Assembly: GCA_964535715.1 (NCBI GenBank)
Contig: CAZHUO010000001.1
Coordinates: 31,696-95,695 of the forward strand
Length of the DNA: 64,000 nucleotides
Source: an uncultured Gammaproteobacteria bacterium
Lineage (GTDB): Bacteria; Patescibacteriota; Patescibacteriia; Buchananbacterales; UBA6539
Reading direction: 5' to 3'
Shown: piece by piece, positions 47,176 to 60,425 of the stretch
How positions within the stretch are numbered: the stretch's first letter is position 1
Layout: every line of letters begins with the position of its first letter
The notes under the pieces: generated by a model
Told to the model about the DNA's origin: nothing
The model's database searches: none
The model's input: the letters and a program-made list of their open reading frames with translations, nothing else
Position numbers and translations under genes: made by a program

Positions 47176-48381
47176 ATGCCTTATTACCGATACAAAGCAA
47201 AAGATAAAACCGGCACCACTTTGTCCGGCTTGATTCAGTCGATTTCAAGCGATTTGGCGGTCGACATGCTTTCGGAACAAGGTTTGGTGATCCTTTCTTT
47301 AAAGGAAGAGGATATTAAAAGCTGGGACAGGTCTTTAAAATTTTTCAACCGGATTAAAATTAAGGATCTTGTTGTTTTTTCCCGCCAGCTTTCAGTAATA
47401 ATTTCAGCCACCATACCTTTAGTCCAGGGTTTAAGGATAATAGTCAATCAAACCGAAAATCCCGCTTTTCAAGCAATAATTTCTGAAGTTGCCGATGATG
47501 TTGAAGGCGGAGCCAAGCTTTCCGTATCTTTAGGCCGCCATCCCCATGCTTTTTCTGATTTTTTTGTAAATATCATTAAGTCGGGCGAGACTTCCGGAAA
47601 ACTTGATGAAGTTTTGAATTATTTGGCTGATCAGCAGGAAAAGGATTATGATTTATCGTCCAAAATCAAGGGGGCAATGATTTATCCGATATTTATTCTT
47701 GCCGGTTTAGTGACCGTTGGGGCTTTAATGATGATTTTTGTCATTCCCCAGCTCACCTCGATTTTAGCTGAAACCGGCGTACAGCTGCCATTGTCAACCA
47801 GAATTTTAATAAGCGTAAGCAATTTTCTTGCCGCTTATTGGTGGGCGGTTTTGATAGCATTAATTTTTGGCATATCTTCTGTCAGAGTTTTGATTTCGAC
47901 TCCGAAAGGCAGATATTATTGGGATACTTTCAAGCTTAGGTTGCCGATTTTTGGAAAACTTTTTCAAAAAATAATATTAGTTCGCTTAACCAGAAGCCTT
48001 TGCACCCTTATTACCGGCGGAGTTTCTTTGACAAAAAGCTTGGATATTGTATCTAATGTTGTTGGAAACGAAACTTATAAAATAATCTTGAGGGAAACCA
48101 GGCTTGAAGTTGAAGACGGAAATTCAATAGCCACGATTTTTTTGAAAAGAAAAGAAGTGCCGGTAATGGTTTCGCAAATGCTTAAACTGGGAGAAAAAAC
48201 CGGTCGGATTGACGAAATTTTGGATAAACTGGCTAATTTTTACAGTCGGGAAGTAAATAATATGGTGGCGAATCTTACTACTATAATAGAGCCGTTGATT
48301 ATGGTTTTAATGGGTGCTGCTGTCGGTATTTTGGTTGCCGCGATAATTTTGCCAATGTATAATTTAGCGGCGGTTTTATAA
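47176..48381 (+). CDS. pilC: Type IV pilus inner-membrane platform protein PilC (GspF family)
   Basis: Two GspF repeats, three TM segments, 401 aa. Confidence 0.9.
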   Translation: MPYYRYKAKDKTGTTLSGLIQSISSDLAVDMLSEQGLVILSLKEEDIKSWDRSLKFFNRIKIKDLVVFSRQLSVIISATIPLVQGLRIIVNQTENPAFQAIISEVADDVEGGAKLSVSLGRHPHAFSDFFVNIIKSGETSGKLDEVLNYLADQQEKDYDLSSKIKGAMIYPIFILAGLVTVGALMMIFVIPQLTSILAETGVQLPLSTRILISVSNFLAAYWWAVLIALIFGISSVRVLISTPKGRYYWDTFKLRLPIFGKLFQKIILVRLTRSLCTLITGGVSLTKSLDIVSNVVGNETYKIILRETRLEVEDGNSIATIFLKRKEVPVMVSQMLKLGEKTGRIDEILDKLANFYSREVNNMVANLTTIIEPLIMVLMGAAVGILVAAIILPMYNLAAVL

Positions 48382-48426
48382 AAGGAATTTCCTTAAATAA
48401 TCAAGAAGTTTTAATAATTCATTCGA

Positions 48427-48456
48427 TTGCAATTGCCATTTTTTATTTTTTATATT
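48427..48456 (+). promoter_or_regulatory. Candidate sigma70-type promoter for the major pilin gene
   Basis: TTGCAA, 18 nt, TATATT. Strong RBS aaagggggtg 8 nt before the ATG. Confidence 0.4.
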
Positions 48457-48526
48457 ATAATATAATTAATATAAATAAAAATTATCTTCGTATTAATTTG
48501 ATGCGAAAAAGAAAGGGGGTGAAAAA

Positions 48527-48958
48527 ATGCAAAATAAAAAAGGTTTTACTCTTATCGAATTGCTGGTAGTTATCGCCATTATCGGATTATTGTCGACTTT
48601 GGCGGTTGTCGCTTTAAATTCTGCCAGATCAAAAGCCCGCGATGCTAAAAGAATTGCCGATATCAAACAAATCCAAACCAGCCTGGAGCTTTATTTTAAT
48701 GATCAATCCGGTTATCCTGCCGCTACCGCTACTTTGGGCCTTTCAGGAGCTGCTTGTTTAGGAACTGCCGGCTTTGGAATTGCCGGTTGCGCTGATCCGT
48801 ATATGGGATTGGTTCCTTCTAATCCGACTCCGCAAGGAGCGGCCTATGTCTATACTTCTGCCGGTGCTGATACTTATACAATTTCATTTAATTTAGAAGG
48901 TACAACCGGCGGTCTTGCTTCAGGAGCTCATACTGCCAACCAAGACGGAATGCAGTAA
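48527..48958 (+). CDS. pilA: Type IV pilin (class III signal peptide), likely major pilin
   Basis: MQNKKGFTLIELLVVIAIIGLLSTLAVVAL: a G/F cleavage site, E+5, and a hydrophobic alpha1 helix. Confidence 0.85.
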   Translation: MQNKKGFTLIELLVVIAIIGLLSTLAVVALNSARSKARDAKRIADIKQIQTSLELYFNDQSGYPAATATLGLSGAACLGTAGFGIAGCADPYMGLVPSNPTPQGAAYVYTSAGADTYTISFNLEGTTGGLASGAHTANQDGMQ

Positions 48959-49059
48959 TTTTTACATAATGGAAGCTTCCTAATAATTATCTAGCCCCGA
49001 CTATATGTCGGGGCTAGATTAGTATTAAATAAATGATTTAAAAATGCTATAATTTATCC

Positions 49060-51318
49060 ATGAATTTAAAAATTAAAAAAATATTTCCGCCGATTTTTCT
49101 GCTTATTTTGATTGTAATATTTTTATCGCCTTATTTATTCAGCCAAAATATTCCTTATGTCGGTGATTTTACCGGCAGTGATTTAACCGAACTTAATTTG
49201 CCGTTTCGTTATCTTTCATCATTGGCCTTAAAAAACGGTGAGATTCCTCATTTGACAGGGCTTTTGGCCAATGGCTTGCCGATTTTAGCCGAAGGCCAGG
49301 CAGGCGTTTTTTATCCGCTAAATTTTTTGTATATTTTTTTGCCGTTTTTTCTGGCAGTTAATTTGGCCCTGCTTTTGAATTTTTTTCTGGCCGGATTTTT
49401 CAGCTATATTTATTTCCGCATTTTGAAAATAAGCCAGATGGGTTCGCTTTTGGCCGCCGTCTCATTTTGTTTCAGCGGCTTTTTTATTTTCCGGCTCAAA
49501 CATTTGAATATGATTAATTCGGCAATTTGGCTACCGCTTGAGCTTTATCTTGTGGAGAGATATTTTTCCGAAAAAAAATCAAAGGCGATAAATTTGATTC
49601 TTTTAGCTTTGGTTTTTGCGCTTCAGTTTTTTGCCGGCCATCCCCAGATTTTTTATATATCTTTTTTGTCGGTATTTTTATATTTTTGCCTTAAGATTAT
49701 TTTTGCCAGCAAGGAAAAATTTTTCAGCAAATTAAAAGAAATTATTTTATTCTGGGTATTTGTGACAATTATTTTTTGTTCTGTTTCGGCAATCCAGCTG
49801 GTGCCCACATTTTTTTATGCCAAAGATTCTAGCCGTGGATTTGTGATGGATTATCTGCATACAAAGGAATTTCCTTATTTGGTCTCAAGCCTTCAATATT
49901 TTGTTTCCCCTTATTTTTTAGGAAATCCCTCAATAAACACTTATCCATCGGACAGGATAAAGGAATTCGGAGTTTTTTGGGAAAATAATTTTTATTTTGG
50001 CCTGCTGCCTCTTTTATTGGCTATTTATGCTTTATTATTCTTGTTTTTTAAAAAATTACAGGTAAGGATCTTATTTTTCCTGATTTTTTTGTCGCTACTT
50101 TTAAGCTTCGGGGCTTCTAATCCTCTTTTTCTTATTTTTTGGGAGCTTATTCCCGGATTTAAAATTTTCAGATTTCCGCAGAGGTTTATGATATTAGGCC
50201 TTGTCTGCCTGGCAGCATTAGCGGGTTTTGGTTTTGATTTTTTTTGGGACAAAATAAAAAAAAGCGCGGAAAAATTTAATTTTCTAAAAAATTCTAAATT
50301 ACTGTTTAATTCACTTCTGCCGCTTGTAATAATAATTATTATTGCCGCCGACTTGTTTTTAGTTGCCTATTCCTATCTTGGAGTTTTGGATTATAAGAAA
50401 TATTTCATTGACGAACCCAAAAGCGTAGAATTTTTAAAACAGGATAAGGATCATTATAAAATTTACAGTCTTGGCTGGCCTGAAGCTTGGAATCATATAA
50501 ATAATATTTCCGGAGGCTGGCAGAATAATTTTTCACTTTTTATTTCCGGCCGAGAGCTTTTACCGCCAAATTTAAATGTTTTTTGGGGAATTTCTTCAAT
50601 TCAAGATCGGGCATCTTTGGAAGGCGGAATGATTTCCAATGAATTATTCAATTTATCTTATTTATTGGATCAAAGTTTTAAAAAAAACGGGGAAGTAATT
50701 TTTGTTTCAGAGCAAACGCTTAAAATTTTGGGAATGCAAAATGTTAAATATCTGCTATCTTTTAGAGTTGTTAATTCGAATAATTTGATTTTAGTAAAAG
50801 AGATAAAAAATGATTTTTTGCCTTCTTTAAAAATTTACAAAAATAATTATTTTTTGCCTTTTGCTTTCGATGTTTTTAAAACAAGACGGGTCGAAGAAAA
50901 AAAGGAAATAGTCAAAGAATTATTTGATTTGAATTTTAATCCAAGTAATGAAATTATTTTGGATGAAGATTCACTTAATTATGAAAAAGATGGCCAAAAA
51001 GCTATTTTGGATTTTTATGAAAGAAGCAATAGCCGCTATGCCATTAATGTAGATTTCAGCCATGATGGCTACCTCTTTTTAAGCCAGTCTTTTGATAAAT
51101 TTTGGCAGGCTGAAATCGATGGGATCAAGTCTAATTTATTAAGAGCAAATTATGCCTTTATCGCCTTAAAAATATCTGCCGGTAGACACAATATTGTTTT
51201 TACTTACAAGCCTTTATATTACACGATAGGCAAATGGATAACTATTGTTTCTCTGATTTTTTTGGTTTTATTTCTATTTTATCATTATTTATTTAAGGAA
51301 AAAATAAATGAAAAATAA
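49060..51318 (+). CDS. Large polytopic membrane protein (~13 TM plus C-terminal soluble domain), GT-C-like glycosyltransferase architecture (YfhO-like)
   Basis: 752 aa. The first ~450 aa are almost entirely hydrophobic helices. A ~300-aa C-terminal domain follows. Confidence 0.6.
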   Translation: MNLKIKKIFPPIFLLILIVIFLSPYLFSQNIPYVGDFTGSDLTELNLPFRYLSSLALKNGEIPHLTGLLANGLPILAEGQAGVFYPLNFLYIFLPFFLAVNLALLLNFFLAGFFSYIYFRILKISQMGSLLAAVSFCFSGFFIFRLKHLNMINSAIWLPLELYLVERYFSEKKSKAINLILLALVFALQFFAGHPQIFYISFLSVFLYFCLKIIFASKEKFFSKLKEIILFWVFVTIIFCSVSAIQLVPTFFYAKDSSRGFVMDYLHTKEFPYLVSSLQYFVSPYFLGNPSINTYPSDRIKEFGVFWENNFYFGLLPLLLAIYALLFLFFKKLQVRILFFLIFLSLLLSFGASNPLFLIFWELIPGFKIFRFPQRFMILGLVCLAALAGFGFDFFWDKIKKSAEKFNFLKNSKLLFNSLLPLVIIIIIAADLFLVAYSYLGVLDYKKYFIDEPKSVEFLKQDKDHYKIYSLGWPEAWNHINNISGGWQNNFSLFISGRELLPPNLNVFWGISSIQDRASLEGGMISNELFNLSYLLDQSFKKNGEVIFVSEQTLKILGMQNVKYLLSFRVVNSNNLILVKEIKNDFLPSLKIYKNNYFLPFAFDVFKTRRVEEKKEIVKELFDLNFNPSNEIILDEDSLNYEKDGQKAILDFYERSNSRYAINVDFSHDGYLFLSQSFDKFWQAEIDGIKSNLLRANYAFIALKISAGRHNIVFTYKPLYYTIGKWITIVSLIFLVLFLFYHYLFKEKINEK

Positions 51319-53116
51319 ATTAATAAGAAATAATTTTTTATATTTTTGCTTGGCTTTTTTTGTTCCAATGTCAATATATCTTTTAACCTTGGCCCCAACA
51401 GTTACTGTTGAAGACAGCGGTGAATTAATCACCGCCGCCTATACTCTTGGCATTCCTCATCCTTCTGGCTATCCGTTATATGCAATTTTAGGAAAAATTT
51501 TTACCTATATTCCTTTTGGCACGATTGCTTGGCGGGTCAATCTGATGTCTGCATTTTTTGGTGCACTGTCCGTAGCGTTGCTTTATTTAGTTATTGAAAG
51601 GTTAACCAAAAATAAGCTGATTTCATTTTTTTCATCTTTGATTTTTGCTTTTTCTCCGATTTTTTGGTCGCAATGCGTTATTGCCGAAGTATATACAATA
51701 AATACTTTTTTCACTGCTCTGCTGATTTTTATTCTTTTATGCTGGGCGGAAAAACAAGATAAAAAATATCTTCTTTGGTTTTCATTCTTATTCGGATTAA
51801 GCCTGACTAACCATACGGCAATGATTCTTTTTGCGCCGGTATTTGCCATATTTATAGTTTCTCATAGAATGGAAATCATTAAGGAATGGAGATTAATTGT
51901 TTATATGCTTGCATTATTTTTAGCCGGACTTTTGCTTTATTTTTATATTCCTCTTCGAGCTTGGCAAAGAGCGGATTTCAACTGGGGACCGATTACAAAT
52001 TGGATTGACGTATTGGCTCATATCAGCCGTCAGCAATATAATGATTTTTCACCCCTTAAAAGCATGTATAGCAAGCTTGGGATAATGATTTATTTTTTTG
52101 TTGAAATAGCCAATCAGTTTTACATTCCTTCCTTGATTTTAGCGTTAATTGGCGCTGCGGCTCTTTGGCTTAAAGATAAAAAAACCGCCTGGCTTACGAC
52201 CGGAATTTTTTTAGGCAGCAGCATCGTTATAATCTATTTAAGGAAATTCGGCTTTGTTTTGGGAATAGAATACACCTATAGAGTATATTACCTGCCGGCA
52301 TTTCTAATTGTGGTTGTCTGGCTTGGGATAATTATTAATTATCTTTATGTGTTTTTGCCGGAAATTTTAAAAAACAAAGCGCTTGTAAATTTAACCAAAG
52401 GCCTTTTTTGGCTGGTTTTAATTTCATTGCCCCTAAGCTTTCTTGTTGGCAATTATAAAAAAGCGGATATGAGCTCTTTTTGGCTGGTTTATGATTATTC
52501 TAAAAATCTATTAGACAGTATGGAACCAAACAGCGTTTACTATTTTTCCAATGACGGCAGCCTGTCGGGCGATACCGAAATATTCAGCCTCGTCTATTTA
52601 AAAATGGTTGAAAATTATCGTAGCGACATTGACATCGTCTCCGAACATAGGTTTTTTTATAAAGATATAAATTTAACTCTGCCAAAAAGCTTTTTTAAGC
52701 TTGATTTTGACGAAAAAAGAAAAAATTTTTTTAATCTTTTGGCCGAAATAAAAGATAGGCCTTTATATACGACTTTTGCGATTACTGAAAAAGAAAGCGA
52801 TTTGGGCTTATTCAGCCTTTCAAACGGGTATGTTCATCGAATTTACAGAAGCTTAGAAGAAGCCAAAAAGGCTGAGCTGAAAGTAATTTTACCGCCGATA
52901 AGAAATATTTCGGAGATTGACGGCCAAAGCGATTATTCGCTTACCGGGATCGCTTCGCGCTACAATTATAATTTAGCATATTTATATTTAGCGCTTGGCC
53001 AAAAAGAAGAATCGCAAAGGCGTTTGATAAATGCTTTTAATTTTGATATTGCTCCGTTTAATCATGAATACCGCCGATTTATTGATTATCGGTCTGAATG
53101 GCTTGGCGATAATTAA
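51308..53116 (+). CDS. DUF2723/TMEM260-like GT-C membrane glycosyltransferase-like protein
   Basis: N-terminal signature LTLAPTVTVEDSGELITAAYTLGIPHPSGYPLYAILGKIF characteristic of DUF2723. Multiple TM segments and a C-terminal soluble domain. Confidence 0.7.
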   Translation: MKNKLIRNNFLYFCLAFFVPMSIYLLTLAPTVTVEDSGELITAAYTLGIPHPSGYPLYAILGKIFTYIPFGTIAWRVNLMSAFFGALSVALLYLVIERLTKNKLISFFSSLIFAFSPIFWSQCVIAEVYTINTFFTALLIFILLCWAEKQDKKYLLWFSFLFGLSLTNHTAMILFAPVFAIFIVSHRMEIIKEWRLIVYMLALFLAGLLLYFYIPLRAWQRADFNWGPITNWIDVLAHISRQQYNDFSPLKSMYSKLGIMIYFFVEIANQFYIPSLILALIGAAALWLKDKKTAWLTTGIFLGSSIVIIYLRKFGFVLGIEYTYRVYYLPAFLIVVVWLGIIINYLYVFLPEILKNKALVNLTKGLFWLVLISLPLSFLVGNYKKADMSSFWLVYDYSKNLLDSMEPNSVYYFSNDGSLSGDTEIFSLVYLKMVENYRSDIDIVSEHRFFYKDINLTLPKSFFKLDFDEKRKNFFNLLAEIKDRPLYTTFAITEKESDLGLFSLSNGYVHRIYRSLEEAKKAELKVILPPIRNISEIDGQSDYSLTGIASRYNYNLAYLYLALGQKEESQRRLINAFNFDIAPFNHEYRRFIDYRSEWLGDN

Positions 53117-53219
53117 AGAAGAAAATTAAAATAGTACTCCTATTTTTACTCAATATCTGTTTTTTGATTTTTAAATATGCTATGATTAAATTAAGTGTTT
53201 TTACTTTTTTTGCAAAGAA

Positions 53220-53720
53220 ATGAAAAAAAATATATCAGACAAAAATGGATTTACCCTTATGGAGCTGATAGTGGTAGTTGCCATTATCGGAATTTTATCA
53301 ACTGCAGGCATTATTGCTTTTGGCATGACCAGGCAAAAATCCAGAGATGCAAAAAGGCTAGCCGACATTAAACAGATTCAGAATTCTTTGGGACTTTATT
53401 ATGCCGATAAAAATCAATATCCGCCCCAGGGAATAGGAGGCTATGTTTTGGGAAGCGACGTTTTATGTCTTGACTCCGCTGGTTTTAGTTCAGAATGTTT
53501 TAGTAATATTTATATGAAGTCAGTTCCTTCAAACCCTTTGCCTAAAGGCCAGGGCTATCTATATAATTCATATGCTGCTGACGGCAGCCAATGCAGCAAC
53601 GGTTTAAACCAGCTATGCATTAATTACAGCATTATTTTTGCTCTGGAGGGTAAGACTCAAGAGCTAGGGGATCCTGGCATTTTTATTGCCAACCAAAATG
53701 GGATTAAAGCTCAGCAATGA
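53220..53720 (+). CDS. Second type IV pilin
   Basis: MKKNISDKNGFTLMELIVVVAIIGILSTAGIIAF prepilin leader. Confidence 0.8.
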   Translation: MKKNISDKNGFTLMELIVVVAIIGILSTAGIIAFGMTRQKSRDAKRLADIKQIQNSLGLYYADKNQYPPQGIGGYVLGSDVLCLDSAGFSSECFSNIYMKSVPSNPLPKGQGYLYNSYAADGSQCSNGLNQLCINYSIIFALEGKTQELGDPGIFIANQNGIKAQQ

Positions 53721-53848
53721 GTTTTACAATTTTGCCTGTAAAATACCGAAAATCCAGCTTAATATTGCTTTAAAAAATCCGCTTTCAAGTCGGTTTTTTT
53801 TAAAAAAAGTAGTTTGCTAAATTTGGAGTATCGGGGTAAAATTATTCT

Positions 53849-54595
53849 ATGGAAGGCTTATTCATTTTCATATTTGGTTTGATGATCGGCAGTTTTTTAA
53901 ATGTCGTAATTTTTCGTCTGGAAAAAAACAAGTCTTTTATTTTCGGGCGTTCGGCTTGTCGAAGCTGCGGCGGTAAAATTCTTTGGTACGATAATATTCC
54001 TGTTTTAAGCTTTATTTTTTTGCGGGGAAAATGCCGCAATTGCAAAAAATCGATTTCTTGGCAATATCCTTTGGTTGAGCTTGCGTGCGGGATTATCTTT
54101 TTTTGGCTTTATTCTTATTTTGGGATAAGTTTCAAATTTTTCAGCTTTTTGGTTTTCAGCTGCTTTCTTTTGGTTATATTTGTTTATGACCTCAAGCACT
54201 ATTTGATTTTGGATAAAGTCAGCATTTTGGCGATGGCTGCCGCTTTGGCATTAAATTTATTTTCCGACATTGGTTTTTTGAATTTAATTTTTGCCGCAAT
54301 TGCCGGCGGCGGTTTTTTTGCTTTTCAGTTTTTTGTTTCAAAGGGAAAATGGGTAGGTGACGGCGATATAAGGCTTGGCATTTTAATGGGCTTGATGCTT
54401 GGACTAAAGATGCTTTTAGTCGCTTTATTTTTAGCTTATATAATAGGATCTTTTGTTGGCATTTTTTTGATAATGTTTAAGCGGAAAAAAATGTCTTCCC
54501 AGGTTCCTTTTGGGCCATTTTTAGCATTAGCCACTTTTATTGTCTTAATTTACGGAGAAGAAATTTTAAACTGGTATATTAATTTATTGCATTAA
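53849..54595 (+). CDS. pilD: Prepilin peptidase PilD (A24 family)
   Basis: N-terminal tetracysteine CRSCGGKILWYDNIPVLSFIFLRGKCRNC and a multi-TM DUF/A24 core. Confidence 0.9.
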   Translation: MEGLFIFIFGLMIGSFLNVVIFRLEKNKSFIFGRSACRSCGGKILWYDNIPVLSFIFLRGKCRNCKKSISWQYPLVELACGIIFFWLYSYFGISFKFFSFLVFSCFLLVIFVYDLKHYLILDKVSILAMAAALALNLFSDIGFLNLIFAAIAGGGFFAFQFFVSKGKWVGDGDIRLGILMGLMLGLKMLLVALFLAYIIGSFVGIFLIMFKRKKMSSQVPFGPFLALATFIVLIYGEEILNWYINLLH

Positions 54596-55209
54596 TGAAT
54601 CATTTAAAAAAAAATGAAGGATTTACAATGATTGAGCTGATTATTTCAGCGTCAGTTATTGTTATAATTTTTTCGTTTATTTTGGCAAATTTTAAAATCA
54701 GCCAAACAAAAGCCGGATTGGATTTTTCATTAAAACAGATAATAAACGGAATAGAGACTGCCCGCGGATTTACGCTGGGCGGAAAAATATTGGCTTTAGG
54801 TTTTTTTCCGGCGGGCGGCTATGGCATTGAGTTTAGAGCCAATCCTTCAAGCTATCAAATTTTTGCAATTCCTTCATTAGGTGGCGAAAATTATCCTTTA
54901 AGCAATGAGCATAAGGAATTTTCACAGATTGATTTTATTTCGCCTATTCCTTCTACTCCGCAATTCGGATTTATTGCTACGGCTGATATTGATCAAAATC
55001 CATGTTATATAGGAAATTATTTTCGAATAGTTTTTCAAAGCCCGCAATTAATTTATGCCGAATGGGACAAAGAAAATTATCCTTGTAATGAAATACCGGA
55101 AATAAAATATGTTGCCGGCATGCTCAAAGATAAAACAAACGGCAGGCAATCTTATTTTTTTGTTTCGCTGGTCTCCGGTTCTGTCTTCGGCAGTTTAAAT
55201 TATGATTAA
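54595..55209 (+). CDS. Minor pilin / pseudopilin
   Basis: GFTMIELIISASVIVIIFSFILA class III leader. Confidence 0.7.
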   Translation: MNHLKKNEGFTMIELIISASVIVIIFSFILANFKISQTKAGLDFSLKQIINGIETARGFTLGGKILALGFFPAGGYGIEFRANPSSYQIFAIPSLGGENYPLSNEHKEFSQIDFISPIPSTPQFGFIATADIDQNPCYIGNYFRIVFQSPQLIYAEWDKENYPCNEIPEIKYVAGMLKDKTNGRQSYFFVSLVSGSVFGSLNYD

Positions 55210-55774
55210 TTATAAAAAAAATAGAGGTCAAAGTTTAGTTGAAGTAGTCGCCGCTATCGGGATTTTTTTAATGGTTGTGTCGGTGATTTTGGCTTTAACG
55301 GCCACAAATATTGCCGGACAAAAAACAAGCGAATTTCAGATAATTGCAAATAATTTAGCCAGAGAAGGAATAGAGGTTGTAAGGAATATCAGAGACAGTA
55401 ACTGGCTCATAGGAAATGATTGGGATTTGGGGCTTAAGGGGTCGGTATTAAATCAGAATAATGAGGCAGTAGCAGTTTTTAAAGATGGCAATTGGGTGCT
55501 TGACTTGCCGAACAATGATTCGCTTTATCTTTCGGAATCTGGAATTTACAGCCATGAAAGTGATGGCGGAACATTAACTGTTTTTTCCCGCCGACTTACT
55601 TTGGATAATATCTGCATAAATGATGCAACTGGCGAGGAAGGCATAACAAAGCAGCTGTGCAGCGATCAGGGAAAAAGAAAAATCGGCATAAAAATAAGTT
55701 CTGAAGTAAGATGGTTTGAAAGGGGCAGTGAAAAAAAATTAGTTTTGGAAAATTTAATTTATGATTGGAAATAG
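55202..55774 (+). CDS. Minor pilin / pseudopilin
   Basis: RGQSLVEVVAAIGIFLMVVSVILAL leader-like N-terminus. Confidence 0.7.
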   Translation: MINYKKNRGQSLVEVVAAIGIFLMVVSVILALTATNIAGQKTSEFQIIANNLAREGIEVVRNIRDSNWLIGNDWDLGLKGSVLNQNNEAVAVFKDGNWVLDLPNNDSLYLSESGIYSHESDGGTLTVFSRRLTLDNICINDATGEEGITKQLCSDQGKRKIGIKISSEVRWFERGSEKKLVLENLIYDWK

Positions 55775-56621
55775 AATTACAAGAAAACCCGTCTCGCCTT
55801 CGGCTCGCCGAGGCGGACAAAAAAACAATAAATCCCGCCTACGCCCTATGGTCTTCGGCGGACAGGCAAAAAAACAAGCTGGATTTACTTTGGTTGAAAT
55901 TTTAGTAGTAATGGCCGTTTTTGCCGTCTTGGGAGTTTTATTGGTGAATATTTTTATTATGGCTTTACAGTCGCAACGGCAAACTTCAAGCCGGCAAAAA
56001 GCTTTGGGCGCGATTCGCTATGTGGCTGAAAATATTTCTCGGCAGATCAGAACTTCAGAAATAAATTATGATTATTACCAAGCAAATCAGGGAATTATTA
56101 ATCCGCAAGAATCTTTAGCTTTGATAAACCAGCAGGGTGAAACTTATGTTTACCAAAAGTTTCAAGATGAAAATGGAAAAAATTATATCGGCGCGGCAAT
56201 TACAAAAAATGGGTATACCGATTATGCTCTTTTGACAAATCCGAGAGAAATTGATGTAAAAAGATTTGATTTCTATATTAATCCGATTTCTAATCCATTT
56301 TTACAGGAAAGGTGCAATCAGCCGTCAGATTGCATTAGAAACAGCTGTACGATCGATGATTCAATCGGTGATAAGTCCGGTTTTTGTTGCTGCATTCAAG
56401 ATAGCGATTGTTTAAGCAAAAATTGCGATTTAAGCGAGGAATCTCAAAATCTATTTAATCAGTATTGCGGACAAAATGGTTTTGGCGGAACATGTTTGGA
56501 GATTAATGCCCAGCCTAAAGTAACGATAGTCTTAGAATTTGAATCTGTCAGTTTAAAAATTAATGAGCGGAAAACAATAAATTTTCAAACGACGGTTTCC
56601 AGCCGAGTTTATAAAAGATAA
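55761..56621 (+). CDS. Minor pilin with a Cys-rich C-terminal domain. The true start is probably the internal Met near 55848.
   Basis: AGFTLVEILVVMAVFAVLGVLLVNIF leader. The upstream 29 codons overlap the previous gene. Confidence 0.65.
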   Translation: MIGNRITRKPVSPSARRGGQKNNKSRLRPMVFGGQAKKQAGFTLVEILVVMAVFAVLGVLLVNIFIMALQSQRQTSSRQKALGAIRYVAENISRQIRTSEINYDYYQANQGIINPQESLALINQQGETYVYQKFQDENGKNYIGAAITKNGYTDYALLTNPREIDVKRFDFYINPISNPFLQERCNQPSDCIRNSCTIDDSIGDKSGFCCCIQDSDCLSKNCDLSEESQNLFNQYCGQNGFGGTCLEINAQPKVTIVLEFESVSLKINERKTINFQTTVSSRVYKR

Positions 56622-56623
56622 TT

Positions 56624-59604
<2,981 letters not shown>

Positions 59605-59639
59605 GATTAGTATTTTTAAAATATTGCTATAAGCCGCAG

Positions 59640-60335
59640 GATAGTCTGCTTGCCGTTTTCAAAATTAAGATATTCGAAATTGAATCTGCGCCAAAGGCGC
59701 ATCCTAAGCCACATCCCCGCCATAGGCGGACAAGCGCCTCTGGCGGAAAAATTTAAAATTCAAAATTTTTTTGTCCAGGGTTAAAACCCTGGTCTAATAT
59801 TACAAAATCCCCTAAAGGGGATTAATTATATCAACCCACTTTTCCGCCGAAGGCGGATACGCCTCTGGCGTAAGTGGGTTTTAAAAATTAGCCATAGATT
59901 TCAATCTATGGCGTTTGGTTAAATAAAAAAAGAGCCCCTGGCATAAGTAATCGGTGGCTCGGGGGCAAAGCGCGATTAGAGAAACTTAAATGCCAGGGGC
60001 AAAAATTGAACAGGGCGGCTGAAAGAAACATTTTTGGTCGGCTCTTGGGCGTACAGCAAGACTAGCTGTTGTAGAACCGGCCTGTCAATTTAGGCAGCCG
60101 CCCTGAAAAAAAATAAGGAGCAGAGTGCCTCTGGCATTTAGGTTTGTGAGGGGGGGGCGGAAGGGGAGGAAAGGGAAAAAAACCTAGAATGCCAGAGGCA
60201 AAAAATTGGTCGGAGCGGCTAAATGCCACGCCATCGCAAGCAAAAAATATTTATTCACGGCGGACGCGCTTCAGCAATGACTCATCATTGCCATATTGCT
60301 TGTGCAGGAGGCTAAATTTTAGCCGCTCCGATATT
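59640..60335. repeat. Hairpin-dense noncoding island with two tandem paralogous ~190-nt structured units. Possible ncRNA genes.
   Basis: No ORF. Short perfect hairpins (gcgcc-aaa-ggcgc, ccgcc-ata-ggcgg, ccaggg-ttaaaa-ccctgg, cccc-taaa-gggg, ccgcc-gaa-ggcgg). Unit 1 is 59930-60105 and unit 2 is 60120-60330. Each has stem A (gcccctggcat...atgccaggggc; gtgcctctggcat...atgccagaggca) and stem B (gggcggctg...cagccgccc; ggagcggctaaa...tttagccgctcc). The 9-mer GCCTCTGGC or its complement occurs at least six times. Confidence 0.6.
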
Positions 60336-60347
60336 GTGTTTTAGGAA

Positions 60348-60425
60348 TGGTGTGACCGGCAGGATTTGAACCCGCAACCTCTTTCATAATAAGAAAGCAT
60401 TCTAGTTCAGCTGAGCTGCGGCCAC
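60348..60425 (-). tRNA. tRNA-like gene, probably degenerate. Anticodon-loop triplet AUU; D-stem mismatch; G18G19 lost.
   Basis: Acceptor GTGGCCG pairing with CGGTCAC, then A and CCA. Good T-arm GCGGGTTCAAATCCTGC. Anticodon stem CTTTC/GAAAG with loop TTATTAT. D-arm GCTC-AGCTGAACTA-GAAT. Confidence 0.45.
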
